A DNA stretch of 64,000 bases from Alphaproteobacteria bacterium (GTDB lineage: Bacteria; Pseudomonadota; Alphaproteobacteria; UBA828), in contig CAXXVO010000007.1 in the NCBI GenBank assembly GCA_963422645.2, positions 800,001-864,000 on the forward strand, in the 5' to 3' direction. The translations under genes were made by a program, and so were the position numbers. Shown here in pieces: positions 8,771 through 20,240 of this stretch. A model generated the notes under the pieces. That model was not told the DNA's origin, searched no databases, and saw nothing but the letters and a program-made list of their open reading frames with translations. Numbering within the stretch: position 1 is the stretch's first letter; the number at the start of each line of letters is the position of its first letter.

Positions 8771-9769
8771 TCATCCCGCACTTCCGTTGATGGCGGCAGG
8801 GGATTGCGGCTCCCGGTGCGCCTCGGCGGCTGCGAGGCGATAGCCACCCCTGGGCGCCCGTTCGATGCGCCCCTCCCTGGTGAGGCTCTCGATGGCGGCA
8901 ACGACGGTGGCGTTGCGGGCAGCGGCGCGTGAGCGGATCTGGGCTTTCGAGAGCGGCTTTTCGGCCTGCTCGATCGCCTTGAAGACGCGCTGCTCGACGG
9001 TGGCGGGCTCGTGCCTGTCTTCATCTGCCGCGTCCTGGTGCAGACGGAAGGCCGGCCCATGTCCGCCGTCGACGAGTTCCAGCTCGATGTCGTTGAGGCC
9101 CCGGGCGTCGCGCTGCTCGACCGTCATGACGATCTTCTTGTCGCGCCGGCGCAGGTACAGATTTGAGTCACCCCAAGCGTGCAGCTCGCTGCTCCCGCGC
9201 AGGGCCTGCCCCGGCCGGGTGCCGCCGCTCTTGCGGGCGTGGTGGACGAGGAGGACGGCGGTTTCGAAGCGGCGCTGCAGTTCGCGCAGGAAGCCGAGGA
9301 TGGGGGCGATCTCTGCGACGGCGTTCTCGTCGACGCTGTGCAGGCGGACCAGGGGATCGAGGATCAGGAGGCGCGGTTCGATGCGCTCCACGGTCTGCTG
9401 CAGGCGTTGACGGTCGCCGGGCCGGTCGAGACGCAGGGTGGGCACGTCGATGACGGCGATGTCGAGTTCGTCGAAGGGGGTGGCGGCGGCGCGGGCGATC
9501 CCCTGCAGACGCTTGCGCACCCTGTGGCCGGCGTCCTCGGCGGCGAAGAGCAGCACGGTGCCGCTTGCGCTGGGGCGGTAGTGGCGCAGGCATGGGACGC
9601 CGGTGGCCACGGCGACGGCGAGATCGAGCGCGAGCAGGGATTTGCCGCACTTGGGCTCGCCGCCGACGATGCCCACGGCCTGCTCGGCCCACAGCGTGTC
9701 CACCATCCACTGTTGCGCCCGGGGGCGATCCTCGAGCTGCATCGGCGCCCGTGTCGGGAAGCCCTTCAC
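8771..9769 (-). CDS. AAA_25 / RepA-like (RecA-superfamily) helicase with C-terminal winged HTH
   Basis: GGEPKCGKS Walker A, FAAED, LLILDPLVRLH, VHHARK and ALRGSSELHAWGD. GTG start at 9769 overlaps the upstream stop. Confidence 0.8.
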   Translation of the reverse strand: MKGFPTRAPMQLEDRPRAQQWMVDTLWAEQAVGIVGGEPKCGKSLLALDLAVAVATGVPCLRHYRPSASGTVLLFAAEDAGHRVRKRLQGIARAAATPFDELDIAVIDVPTLRLDRPGDRQRLQQTVERIEPRLLILDPLVRLHSVDENAVAEIAPILGFLRELQRRFETAVLLVHHARKSGGTRPGQALRGSSELHAWGDSNLYLRRRDKKIVMTVEQRDARGLNDIELELVDGGHGPAFRLHQDAADEDRHEPATVEQRVFKAIEQAEKPLSKAQIRSRAAARNATVVAAIESLTREGRIERAPRGGYRLAAAEAHREPQSPAAINGSAG

Positions 9770-10599
9770 CGCCGTGCCCTCTTCGGCTTGGCGGGCTCGC
9801 CCAGGATCTCCATGAAGAGCTTCTCGTCGAGAACCTCGCGGTTCTTCTCGGCGCCGGCGGCGAGCAGCATGTCGCCCATGACGGTAAGCGCCCTGGGGTT
9901 GCCGCCGGCGTGGGTGACCAGGGTGTCCTTGAGCTCTGCGCTCATGAGGCCCGGATTGCCGGCCTGCTCGACCAGATGGTCGAGCAGGGCCGCGAGGTCG
10001 CCGGCGTCTGCCTGGGTCATGACCAGGCGCTGGCGCAGGCGCGAGGCGATGGGCTGCAAGTCGGGCTGGCGGAGCCTGTCGATCAGGCGGCTGTCGCCGG
10101 CGAAGACGACCGAGAGGATGGCGCGCGAGTCGAAGTCGGTGGACGCCAGCAGGCGGATCTCGGAGATCACCGAGGGCAGCAGCTCCTGGGCCTCGTCGAT
10201 GAGCACCACGGGCCGCATGCGGGTGTCGTCGACATGGGTGAGCCATCGCTCGCGCAGGTTTTTGAAGCTGGCCCAGCGGTTGTTGTACATCAGGTCGACG
10301 CCGAACATCCCGCCGATCTCGCGGTAGAAGTCGGACAGCCTGGAAGAGGGGTGGGTGATGGCACAGACCCTGAGCCCGTCCGAGCGGCCGAGGCGGTCGG
10401 CGAGCACGCGCAACGCCACGCTCTTTCCGGTGCCGGGCTCGCCGGCGATCAACGCGAAGCCGCCCTGGCGCACAAGATGATGCTCGATTCTGAGGCAGAA
10501 GCTGTCGACGGCGGGGCTCACCATGAGGCTGTCGACCGGAAGGTCGGTGGCGAAGGGGTTCCATTTGAGCCCGTAGAAGGTGAGCAGCTCGCGGTTCAT
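9766..10599 (-). CDS. ExeA/TnsC/MuB-like AAA+ ATPase (transposition helper)
   Basis: YGLKWNPF, GEPGTGKS, VVLIDEAQEL and GGNPRAL; coupled to the transposase stop (ATGA). Confidence 0.85.
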   Translation of the reverse strand: MNRELLTFYGLKWNPFATDLPVDSLMVSPAVDSFCLRIEHHLVRQGGFALIAGEPGTGKSVALRVLADRLGRSDGLRVCAITHPSSRLSDFYREIGGMFGVDLMYNNRWASFKNLRERWLTHVDDTRMRPVVLIDEAQELLPSVISEIRLLASTDFDSRAILSVVFAGDSRLIDRLRQPDLQPIASRLRQRLVMTQADAGDLAALLDHLVEQAGNPGLMSAELKDTLVTHAGGNPRALTVMGDMLLAAGAEKNREVLDEKLFMEILGEPAKPKRARR

Positions 10600-12074
10600 G
10601 ACGGATCTCCCTGATCGTCGTCCTCGCCCGGACCGGGCGTCTTGTTATGGGGTACCCAGGCCGGCGGCAGGCCTGTTGCGGCCTGGGCGTCGAGCACGCC
10701 CTTGAGCAGCGGCGGAAGTTCGCCGACGCCCGCGCTGGCGCCGCCATGGTCGCTGCCGGGTCTCGCAGGACGGCGGACGCCATCGGCGTTGCCGCGCTTG
10801 TCGAGGGGGTACAGCGTGCACAGCCGCTCGCCGCTTCGGCCTTCCACCAGATCGACGCCGCTGAGGTCCCAGCGCGCATAGCGGACCCAGAGCGTCCTCA
10901 GGTGGCGCCACGGCTGTGGCACCTGGTAGCGGATGCCCTCGACCGAGACGGTGCCGTCCGAGCGCCTGAGCGTGCGCTTCCTGGCGATGCGGAAGGCCGC
11001 CTTGAGCTCGTCCGAGGCGGGGCAGGGCCTCGATGCCTTGACGCTCCCGGCGAGGCGTTCATGCGGCGTCATGCCGAGCTCGCGGTGCACCCGCCGATGG
11101 TAGTCCTGCTCCAGCCAGGCTATGGTGGCGTCGTTGAGCATCTTCAGGGTGAGCGCGTCGACGCCTTCGAGCTGAGCCATCAGGCGGCCCTCGACCGTGC
11201 CCCAGAACGACTCGATTTTTCCATTTTGATGGGGGCTGTAAGCGAGTGTCGTGGCCCCCACGATGCCGATGAGGCGGTGCAAGCCCTCCTCGACCTCGCC
11301 CGCCGTCATCGGCCCGCCGTTGTCGGTCAGCAGGGACCTGGGCAAGTCCCTCTTCATGAAGGCCTGACAGAGCCCGTGGACGAAGACCTCGGCGGTCTCC
11401 TCCAGGTACCACTGCAGGTGGCAGCCAAGCCTGGAGTGGTCGTCGAGGAAGCCGAGCAGGATGGGCGTCTGCCATTCGCCCGACGCCGTCAGCACGCGGC
11501 GCTTGCCGTGGTGGAAGTCCCCGTGCCACAGCGCGTGACTGCGAGACACCTCGTAGCTAAGGACCTCGCGGGCTTCGACCGCCGGCTTGTCCTCACCCTC
11601 GTGCCACTTCCTGGGGCGCTCGCGCACCAGGCCGCGATTGCGCATCGCCCGCGTCAGCGTCGCGTAGGACGGCATCGGGCCGAGCTCGGGATGGGTCGCA
11701 ACATGAGCCTTGAGGGTCTCGTAGTGGAGCTGCGCCGCCCACGAGGGATGGACCCGGTACTGCTCGCGCAGCGCCGCGATCAGCCCCGCCGACATGGACC
11801 GCTCGCGGCCGACGTCGGTCCGAGGCTTCCGGCGCAGCGCCTTGACCGGGTCCTGCTCCTCTGCCCGCGCCCGGTAGTACCAGCGCTCGATCGTCGAGGC
11901 CGCAAAGCGCACCGGCCCCTTGCCCGACGGGTGCTCCCAGTCGCGCTGCGACAGACGCTCGAACTCGGCCCCCAGCTGGCCTGCAGGCGGCGGTGAAGCC
12001 AGAAGCGGCCCCACCACCGCAAAGCGCAGCCGGGCCCACTTCTCGCGCCTGGCGCCTGCGTCGTCCTTGTCCAT
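10596..12074 (-). CDS. DDE transposase (rve core with Mu-transposase-like C-terminal domain)
   Basis: WHGDFHH...FLDDHSR, LTDNGG, NGKIESFW and RSDGTVSVEGIRY. Start taken at MDKDD. Confidence 0.9.
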   Translation of the reverse strand: MDKDDAGARREKWARLRFAVVGPLLASPPPAGQLGAEFERLSQRDWEHPSGKGPVRFAASTIERWYYRARAEEQDPVKALRRKPRTDVGRERSMSAGLIAALREQYRVHPSWAAQLHYETLKAHVATHPELGPMPSYATLTRAMRNRGLVRERPRKWHEGEDKPAVEAREVLSYEVSRSHALWHGDFHHGKRRVLTASGEWQTPILLGFLDDHSRLGCHLQWYLEETAEVFVHGLCQAFMKRDLPRSLLTDNGGPMTAGEVEEGLHRLIGIVGATTLAYSPHQNGKIESFWGTVEGRLMAQLEGVDALTLKMLNDATIAWLEQDYHRRVHRELGMTPHERLAGSVKASRPCPASDELKAAFRIARKRTLRRSDGTVSVEGIRYQVPQPWRHLRTLWVRYARWDLSGVDLVEGRSGERLCTLYPLDKRGNADGVRRPARPGSDHGGASAGVGELPPLLKGVLDAQAATGLPPAWVPHNKTPGPGEDDDQGDPS

Positions 12075-12123
12075 TCCGGCATCCCTCCCTCGCCGCATCG
12101 GAGAGATGCCCATGTAGAACGCC

Positions 12124-12741
12124 CTATCCGGGCGTGACAGGAACACTTTCTGCGGGCGGCGCCGAGCCATCGCCGAGCCCGCAATAGCCCGTCCACGGCT
12201 TGAACCAGATCAGGCTCAGGAACAGACGCTCACCGAAGCGTCCGCCCCGCATCTGCCGCAGCACGAAGAGCAGCGGCACCTCCTCGGGTGGCATCACCAG
12301 TTCGCCACGCTTCGCTCCCCAGGGCTCCGTCGCCGGGAACGCCTCCAGCCACCACTTCCGCCAGCGGCGCAGTGTGGCGACCGAGACCCCCCACTTCCGC
12401 TTGATCGTCTGCAACCGCACCCCGCCTCTCAGAACCAGTGCACTCAACAGAACGAACAGGGCGCCCAGATAAAAGCGGCGCCCGAAGAATCGTACCGATG
12501 GTGGGGTCGCTCGCAGGCGGCAATCCGCGCAGCAGAAGCTGAACCGCCGCGTGCCCTCTTCCCTCAACTCGGCTGCCAGACCGTACGGCTTGCGCGGATA
12601 CGTCGCGCTGTGCAGCTTGCCGGGGCAGTGTCGGCAGCCCGCCTCGCGGCAGCGCGCCGCCTCGGCCTCATCGACCTCGCGCAGCCAGGCCCAGACCAGG
12701 GCGTTGCAAAGCATGGAGTGGCGGAAAATGTTGTGCGACAT
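12124..12741 (-). CDS. Cys-rich Zn-finger/HTH protein, first gene of the inner transposon
   Basis: GCRHCPGKLHSATYPRKP, RFSFCCADCRLRATPPSVRFFGRR and HTH-like GVSVATLRRWRKWW. Confidence 0.7.
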   Translation of the reverse strand: MSHNIFRHSMLCNALVWAWLREVDEAEAARCREAGCRHCPGKLHSATYPRKPYGLAAELREEGTRRFSFCCADCRLRATPPSVRFFGRRFYLGALFVLLSALVLRGGVRLQTIKRKWGVSVATLRRWRKWWLEAFPATEPWGAKRGELVMPPEEVPLLFVLRQMRGGRFGERLFLSLIWFKPWTGYCGLGDGSAPPAESVPVTPG

Positions 12742-12789
12742 TGGGGCCGTCTCTGGCGATTGTGACCGTCACCACGAGACAAAGCCCCC

Positions 12790-12814
12790 CGGCGAACTTC
12801 TTGCAAGTTCGCCG
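12790..12814. promoter_or_regulatory. Perfect 10-bp stem hairpin upstream of the transposon operon
   Basis: CGGCGAACTT-CTTGC-AAGTTCGCCG. Confidence 0.45.
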
Positions 12815-12891
12815 AGGGGCACCCGCCCCAAAACCTCAACAAATCCGAGCGGATCAGGCCCCGATCCCCGCTGAAAGACCGCGCGCGCTCA

Positions 12892-13506
12892 ACGGCGCCC
12901 ACGCCCGGAACCGTCCGCGTCCACAACGAGAGCGAGACCTGGCAGCCCCTCGCCCCCGACCTCGGCGGCCGCGACCTCGACGCAACATCCCGCCTCTTCC
13001 GCAACCACCTGCTCGGCGGCGCCGGCATGCCCGAGCACTGGTTCGGCGGCGGCGGCGACGTCAACCGCGCAACCGCCGCAGAGATGGGCGATCCCGCCTT
13101 CAAGACCCTCAAGATGCGCCAGAGGCTGTGGACCGAGATCCTGCGCCGGGCCGCAGACTACGCCATCGCCCGCAGGCTCGACCCCTCCGGCGCATCATGG
13201 CCCGATCCCGCAGACCCCGCCCTCGCCGTCTCCGTCGAATGGCCCGAGATGGTGGTCGCCGACGCCTCCCGACACGCCGCCGCGCTCGCCCAGACCGCAG
13301 GCGCCGCGGCGCTGGCCATCGAGCGCGGCCTGCTCTCGGACGCCACCGCGCTCCGCGTCATCGCCGCCGTCGCCGGGCGCCTCGGCGTCGAGATCGACGC
13401 CGACGCCGAACTCGAGGCGGCGCGCGAAGACGCCGCCGGACGGGCCGAAGAAGACGCCTTCCGCGAGCCCCCGCAGGACGAGGACGCCGACGACGGCGAG
13501 GCGTAG
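12892..13506 (+). pseudogene. 5'-truncated phage portal protein
   Basis: Frame extends upstream of the listed Met: PTPGTVRVHNESETWQPLAPDL...NHLLGGAGMPEHWFGGGGDVNRATAAEM...RQ. It begins at the transposon end and precedes a gpF-like gene. Confidence 0.7.
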
Positions 13507-13509
13507 CAC

Positions 13510-14445
13510 GTGGCTACCGACCGTCAGCGCCAGCACAGGCTCAAGGGCGAGCGATCCCGCCGCGCCCGCGCCCTGCCCCGCATCCAGAAGGACACCGCCG
13601 CCGAGGTCGGCCGCATCCTCGGGCGCGCCGAGCGCGACATCCGGGCCACCCTCGCCGGCGCGCCCTCCGATTACCAGGCATGGGCGCTGCCATCCCTCCA
13701 GGCCTCCGTCCGGGACGCCCTCGACAGCCTCGGCGCAGACGCCGGGCAGGCCATGGCCGAGGGCGCAACCCGCGCCTGGGACGCCGGCATCGATACCATG
13801 GACGCCCCCGTCGACGCCGCCATGCGCCTCGATGCCCCCGACTTCCGCATCGCCGCCGTCCTGCCCGAGGTCGACACCCGCCAGCTCCTCGCCATGCGAT
13901 CCTTCCTCACCGACAAGATGAAGGGCGTCACCGCCGCCCTCGCAGACCGCGTCAACACCCAGCTCGGCCTCGCCATGACCGGCTCGGTCCCCGTCGGCGA
14001 GACCACCGGACGCGTCGCCGCCATCCTCAAGAGCGGCCGCTCCCGTGCGCTCACCGTGATCCGGACCGAGCTCGGCCGCGCATACTCCATGGCCGGACAG
14101 CAGCGCATGGAGCAGGCCGCCGGGATCCTGCCGGGGCTGAGGAAGCAGTGGCGACGCTCCGGAAAGCTCAGAAGCCGCATCGCCCACGACGCCGTCGACG
14201 GACAGACCAGGGAAGCCGCCAGGCCCTTCGACGTCGGCGGCGCTTCGCTCATGTACCCCCGCGATCCCGCCGGACCCGCCGCCGAGACGATCAACTGCGG
14301 ATGCCAGTCGCTGCCATGGATGGAAAGCTGGGAGGTCGAGAACCCCGGGCGAAAGCCGTTCTCCGACGAGGAGATCGCACGCGACCCGCGGCGCGCCGAT
14401 CTCGAAGGGAAGGAGGCCGGCGCGGGGACAACGCCGGCATCGTAG
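13510..14445 (+). CDS. Phage head morphogenesis protein (Mu gpF / SPP1 gp7 family)
   Basis: RALTVIRTELGRAY, KQWRRSGK..SRIAHDAVDGQ...PF and LMYPRDP...ETINCGC. Confidence 0.85.
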   Translation: MATDRQRQHRLKGERSRRARALPRIQKDTAAEVGRILGRAERDIRATLAGAPSDYQAWALPSLQASVRDALDSLGADAGQAMAEGATRAWDAGIDTMDAPVDAAMRLDAPDFRIAAVLPEVDTRQLLAMRSFLTDKMKGVTAALADRVNTQLGLAMTGSVPVGETTGRVAAILKSGRSRALTVIRTELGRAYSMAGQQRMEQAAGILPGLRKQWRRSGKLRSRIAHDAVDGQTREAARPFDVGGASLMYPRDPAGPAAETINCGCQSLPWMESWEVENPGRKPFSDEEIARDPRRADLEGKEAGAGTTPAS

Positions 14446-14591
14446 ACCGGGCGAGGCGAAGCCCCGCGCCGCACCCCGATTTACCGGCGAATCCGCACCC
14501 CCGGAACCGCCCCGATTTACAGGCCTTTCAGCACCCCTGAAACGCCCCGAAAATCACCGTTTCCAGCCAATTCACGGCCCTTTCCGGGCCG

Positions 14592-14715
14592 GATTCGCAA
14601 AGACTTTCGTCCGGCCCGCCAGACCCCGGAAACGCCGCCAACCCCTTGACCGTCCGCCTTCTTCCGCCTTCTTCCCGGCATCTTCCGGATTCGCAATGAC
14701 TTTCGTCCCCCTACA
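14592..14715 (-). repeat. Right end: two inverted copies of the end motif
   Basis: 14592-14615 is the exact 24-bp reverse complement of 4495-4518; the terminal copy is 14688-14715. Confidence 0.9.
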
Positions 14716-14840
14716 CAGGGTGCGGTGCGCGGCGCGCTCCGCCCGCATGACGCGATTGCCGCGCCCGCGACCCTTCAGGCGCAGGAGACACGCGTGCGGG
14801 ACTCCTGATTTCGCGCGCACGACGCTGCGCGAGCGCGCGA

Positions 14841-14897
14841 CCCACTCATCCCACTTGAATCCCACTTATCCCGCGAATCCCGCATAAAATTTTTCGC
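14841..14897 (-). repeat. Phased GGGAT boxes next to an A/T tract (dispersed intergenic motif, copy 1)
   Basis: TCCC at 14849, 14860, 14869 and 14878, then AAAATTTTT; resembles 37898-37947. Confidence 0.5.
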
Positions 14898-15079
14898 CCT
14901 CCGCATCGCGGCCCCGCGCACGACTCTGCGGGCGGGCGCAACGTCGCCTCCGGCCCTTACCAATACCTGCACCGGCGGCGTCTCCGCCGTAGTTGCCGAA
15001 GCGAGGCGATGGCTGATCCCGCCGAGCTTGACCCTGTCTCCGGCGATAACGCGCACAGGTACCCCGCTAAGCGGCCGGC

Positions 15080-16435
15080 TCAGGCTGCCGCGGCGCGGCC
15101 TTCCCCCAGCCAGTGGCCGAGATCCGCGCGGGCGCGCTCTACCATCGCGACCTTGCGTGCGCGCTTGGGCACGCGCCCCGCGAGCGGCGGGAACAGGCCG
15201 AAGTTGACGTTCATCGGCTGGAAGGTCCCGCCTGCGCCCAGATGACCGCCGGTGATGTGGCTGAGCAGCGCGCCGAACGCCGTGGTTGGCGGCGGCGGCG
15301 GGGCGGTCGCACCCGTAATCTCCGCCGCAGCGAAACGCCCCGCGAGCAGCCCGATCGCCGCGCTCTCGACATAGCCCTCGACGCCGGTGATCTGACCCGC
15401 GAAGCGCAGATGCGGGGCGCGGCGCAGCCGCAGCTCCGCGTCCAGCAGCACCGGGCTATTGATGAAGGTGTTGCGGTGAATGCCGCCAAGCCTGGCGAAG
15501 CTCGCCTGCTCCAGCCCCGGGATCAGACGGAAGATCCGCTTCTGCGCCCCGTGCGTGAGCTTGGTCTGGAAGCCCACTATGTTGAAGAGGGTGCCGAGCG
15601 CGTTGTCCTGACGCAGTTGCACCACCGCATGCGGGCGGGCGCCGGTGGCGGGGTCGGTCAGACCCACGGGCTTCATGGGGCCGAAGCGGAGCGTTTCGCG
15701 GCCGCGCGCCGCCATCACCTCGATGGGCAGGCAGCCCTCGAAGTAGGGCGTGTCGCGCTCCCAGTCCCTGAAGGGGATCGTGTCGCCGGCGAGCAGGGCG
15801 TCGATGAAGGCCTCGTAGCGCTCGCCGTCGAGCGGGCAGTTGATGTAGGCCGCGCGGTCGCCGCCGGGACCCGCCTTGTCGTAGCGGGACTGGAACCAGG
15901 CCCGGTCGAAGTCGATGCTGTCGCGGTGGACGATGGGTGCGAGCGCGTCGAAGAAGGCGAGGTGGTCCTCGCCGGTCTCGTCCAGGATCGCCTGGCTCAG
16001 CGCCGGGGCGGTGAGGGGGCCGGTGGCGACGATGGTCAGGCCCTCCGCCGCATCGGGCAGGCCGGGGGCTTCCGCACGGCGCAACCGGATTGCGGGCTCG
16101 TCTTCGATTGCTTGCTGCACGGCCTCGGCGAAGCCCGTGCGGTCCACGGCGAGCGCCTGCCCGGCCGGCACCTTGTGGCGGTCGGCGGCGGCCATGACCA
16201 GCGAGCCCGCGCGCCGCATCTCCTCGTGCAGGAGGCCGACGGCATTGCGCTCGGCATCGTCGGAGCGGAAGGAGTTGGAGCAGACCAGCTCGGCAAGCCG
16301 GTCCGTGATATGCGCCTCGGTGGCGCGCACCGGCCGCATCTCCCACAGCTCGACCGCTCCGCCTTGGCGCGCGATTTGCCACGCCGCCTCGCAGCCGGCG
16401 AGGCCGCCGCCGATGATGCGGATCCGCTCTTCCAC
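15080..16435 (-). CDS. trmFO: tRNA (uracil-54) methyltransferase TrmFO
   Basis: [34 protein letters not shown] and [15 protein letters not shown]. Confidence 0.95.
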   Translation of the reverse strand: MEERIRIIGGGLAGCEAAWQIARQGGAVELWEMRPVRATEAHITDRLAELVCSNSFRSDDAERNAVGLLHEEMRRAGSLVMAAADRHKVPAGQALAVDRTGFAEAVQQAIEDEPAIRLRRAEAPGLPDAAEGLTIVATGPLTAPALSQAILDETGEDHLAFFDALAPIVHRDSIDFDRAWFQSRYDKAGPGGDRAAYINCPLDGERYEAFIDALLAGDTIPFRDWERDTPYFEGCLPIEVMAARGRETLRFGPMKPVGLTDPATGARPHAVVQLRQDNALGTLFNIVGFQTKLTHGAQKRIFRLIPGLEQASFARLGGIHRNTFINSPVLLDAELRLRRAPHLRFAGQITGVEGYVESAAIGLLAGRFAAAEITGATAPPPPPTTAFGALLSHITGGHLGAGGTFQPMNVNFGLFPPLAGRVPKRARKVAMVERARADLGHWLGEGRAAAA

Positions 16436-16465
16436 CCGTCTGCTCTCCGCGCTCCGCCGCCCGGC

Positions 16466-19357
<2,892 letters not shown>

Positions 19358-19527
19358 GGGCGCGGACGAATTGGCTTGGGGATCGGTAGCAGAATATAGG
19401 AGCTTCGCCCTGCGAAGGCGAGAGCCGCCGCTATGGGTCGCCGGCATCGTGAGGTCGGTTTGAGGCGGCCCGGGCAATCGGCTAAGAGTGGCCACCGGAA
19501 CCTGCGAGCACAGAGGGAGTTTGGGTC

Positions 19528-19992
19528 ATGGCGGGGAGCGTCAACAAGGTCATTCTGGTCGGCAACCTGGGACGCGACCCGGAAACCCGTCAGACACAGG
19601 ACGGCAGGCCCATCGTCAACATGTCGGTCGCCACCAGCGAAAACTGGAAGGACCGTCAGACCGGCGAGCGGCGCGAGCGGACCGAGTGGCACCGAGTCGT
19701 TATATTTAACGATCGCCTCGGCGAGGTCGCGCAGAACTACCTGCGCAAGGGCTCCAAGGTCTATCTCGAAGGCCAGCTGCAGACCCGCAAGTGGACCGAC
19801 CAGTCGGGGCAGGAGAAATACACCACCGAGGTGGTGCTGGGGCGCTTTCGCGGCGAGCTCACCATGCTGGACAGCCGTGCCGATAGCGGCGGCGGCGGGC
19901 GCGACTATGGCGGCGAGCAGGCCGCCGCCCCGGCCGCCGCCCGCGACAGCGGACCCTCATCCACCGACCTGGACGACGACATCCCCTTCTAG
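19528..19992 (+). CDS. ssb: Single-stranded DNA-binding protein
   Basis: [19 protein letters not shown] and C-terminal DDDIPF; divergent from uvrA. Confidence 0.97.
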   Translation: MAGSVNKVILVGNLGRDPETRQTQDGRPIVNMSVATSENWKDRQTGERRERTEWHRVVIFNDRLGEVAQNYLRKGSKVYLEGQLQTRKWTDQSGQEKYTTEVVLGRFRGELTMLDSRADSGGGGRDYGGEQAAAPAAARDSGPSSTDLDDDIPF

Positions 19993-20240
19993 CCCTCGGT
20001 TGCCGCGCCGGCGGGACGCGGCGCTACTGCCCGACCGGAATCCGTTGATGGGGCGGCCCATCAACTTTGCATTTGCGTGATTCGGTTGCGCGATGCGTCT
20101 TCACCGGACTCCGTCCAGTTGGAAGTCGAACGCGGTCGTACGCGAGCGACCGCAGATCACTGGACAATGGAAGGGTGAACGACACAGCGCAGCAGCGCGC
20201 GCTCCGCTGACCCGGCGGAGAGCGGGCGAAGGGGCAGGGC

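Larger units (their letters stand above)
7700..12891 (-). mobile_element. 5.2-kb DDE transposon (transposase + AAA ATPase) with helicase and primase genes
   Basis: Ends TGAGCGTGCGC (7700) and GCGCGCGCTCA (12891) match 10/11. Subterminal motif 7733-7749 matches 12832-12848 at 14/17. ACGG flanks both ends. Five co-oriented genes; flanking phage genes are truncated at the ends. Confidence 0.8.
4491..14715. mobile_element. Defective transposable-phage-like element with TGT...ACA ends and 5-bp TSD
   Basis: TIRs 4491-4518 (TGTAGCCGGACGAAAGTCTTTGCGAATC) and 14688-14715 match at 25/28. CAGGG at 4486-4490 and 14716-14720. Contents are phage structural genes. Confidence 0.9.

Noticed and set aside
10596-12074. 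Inner transposase as the cognate enzyme of the outer TGT...ACA ends
   Set aside because: It lies inside its own, different TGA...TCA ends, which truncate phage genes on both sides. Cross-mobilisation cannot be excluded but is unsupported.
14653-14686. TCCGCCTTCT short tandem repeat inside the right end
   Set aside because: Only about two copies in pyrimidine-rich sequence; too weak to call separately from the end structure.
19358-19527. LexA box in the uvrA-ssb divergent promoter
   Set aside because: No convincing GTTC-N7-GTTC or GAAC-N7-GAAC match was found by eye.
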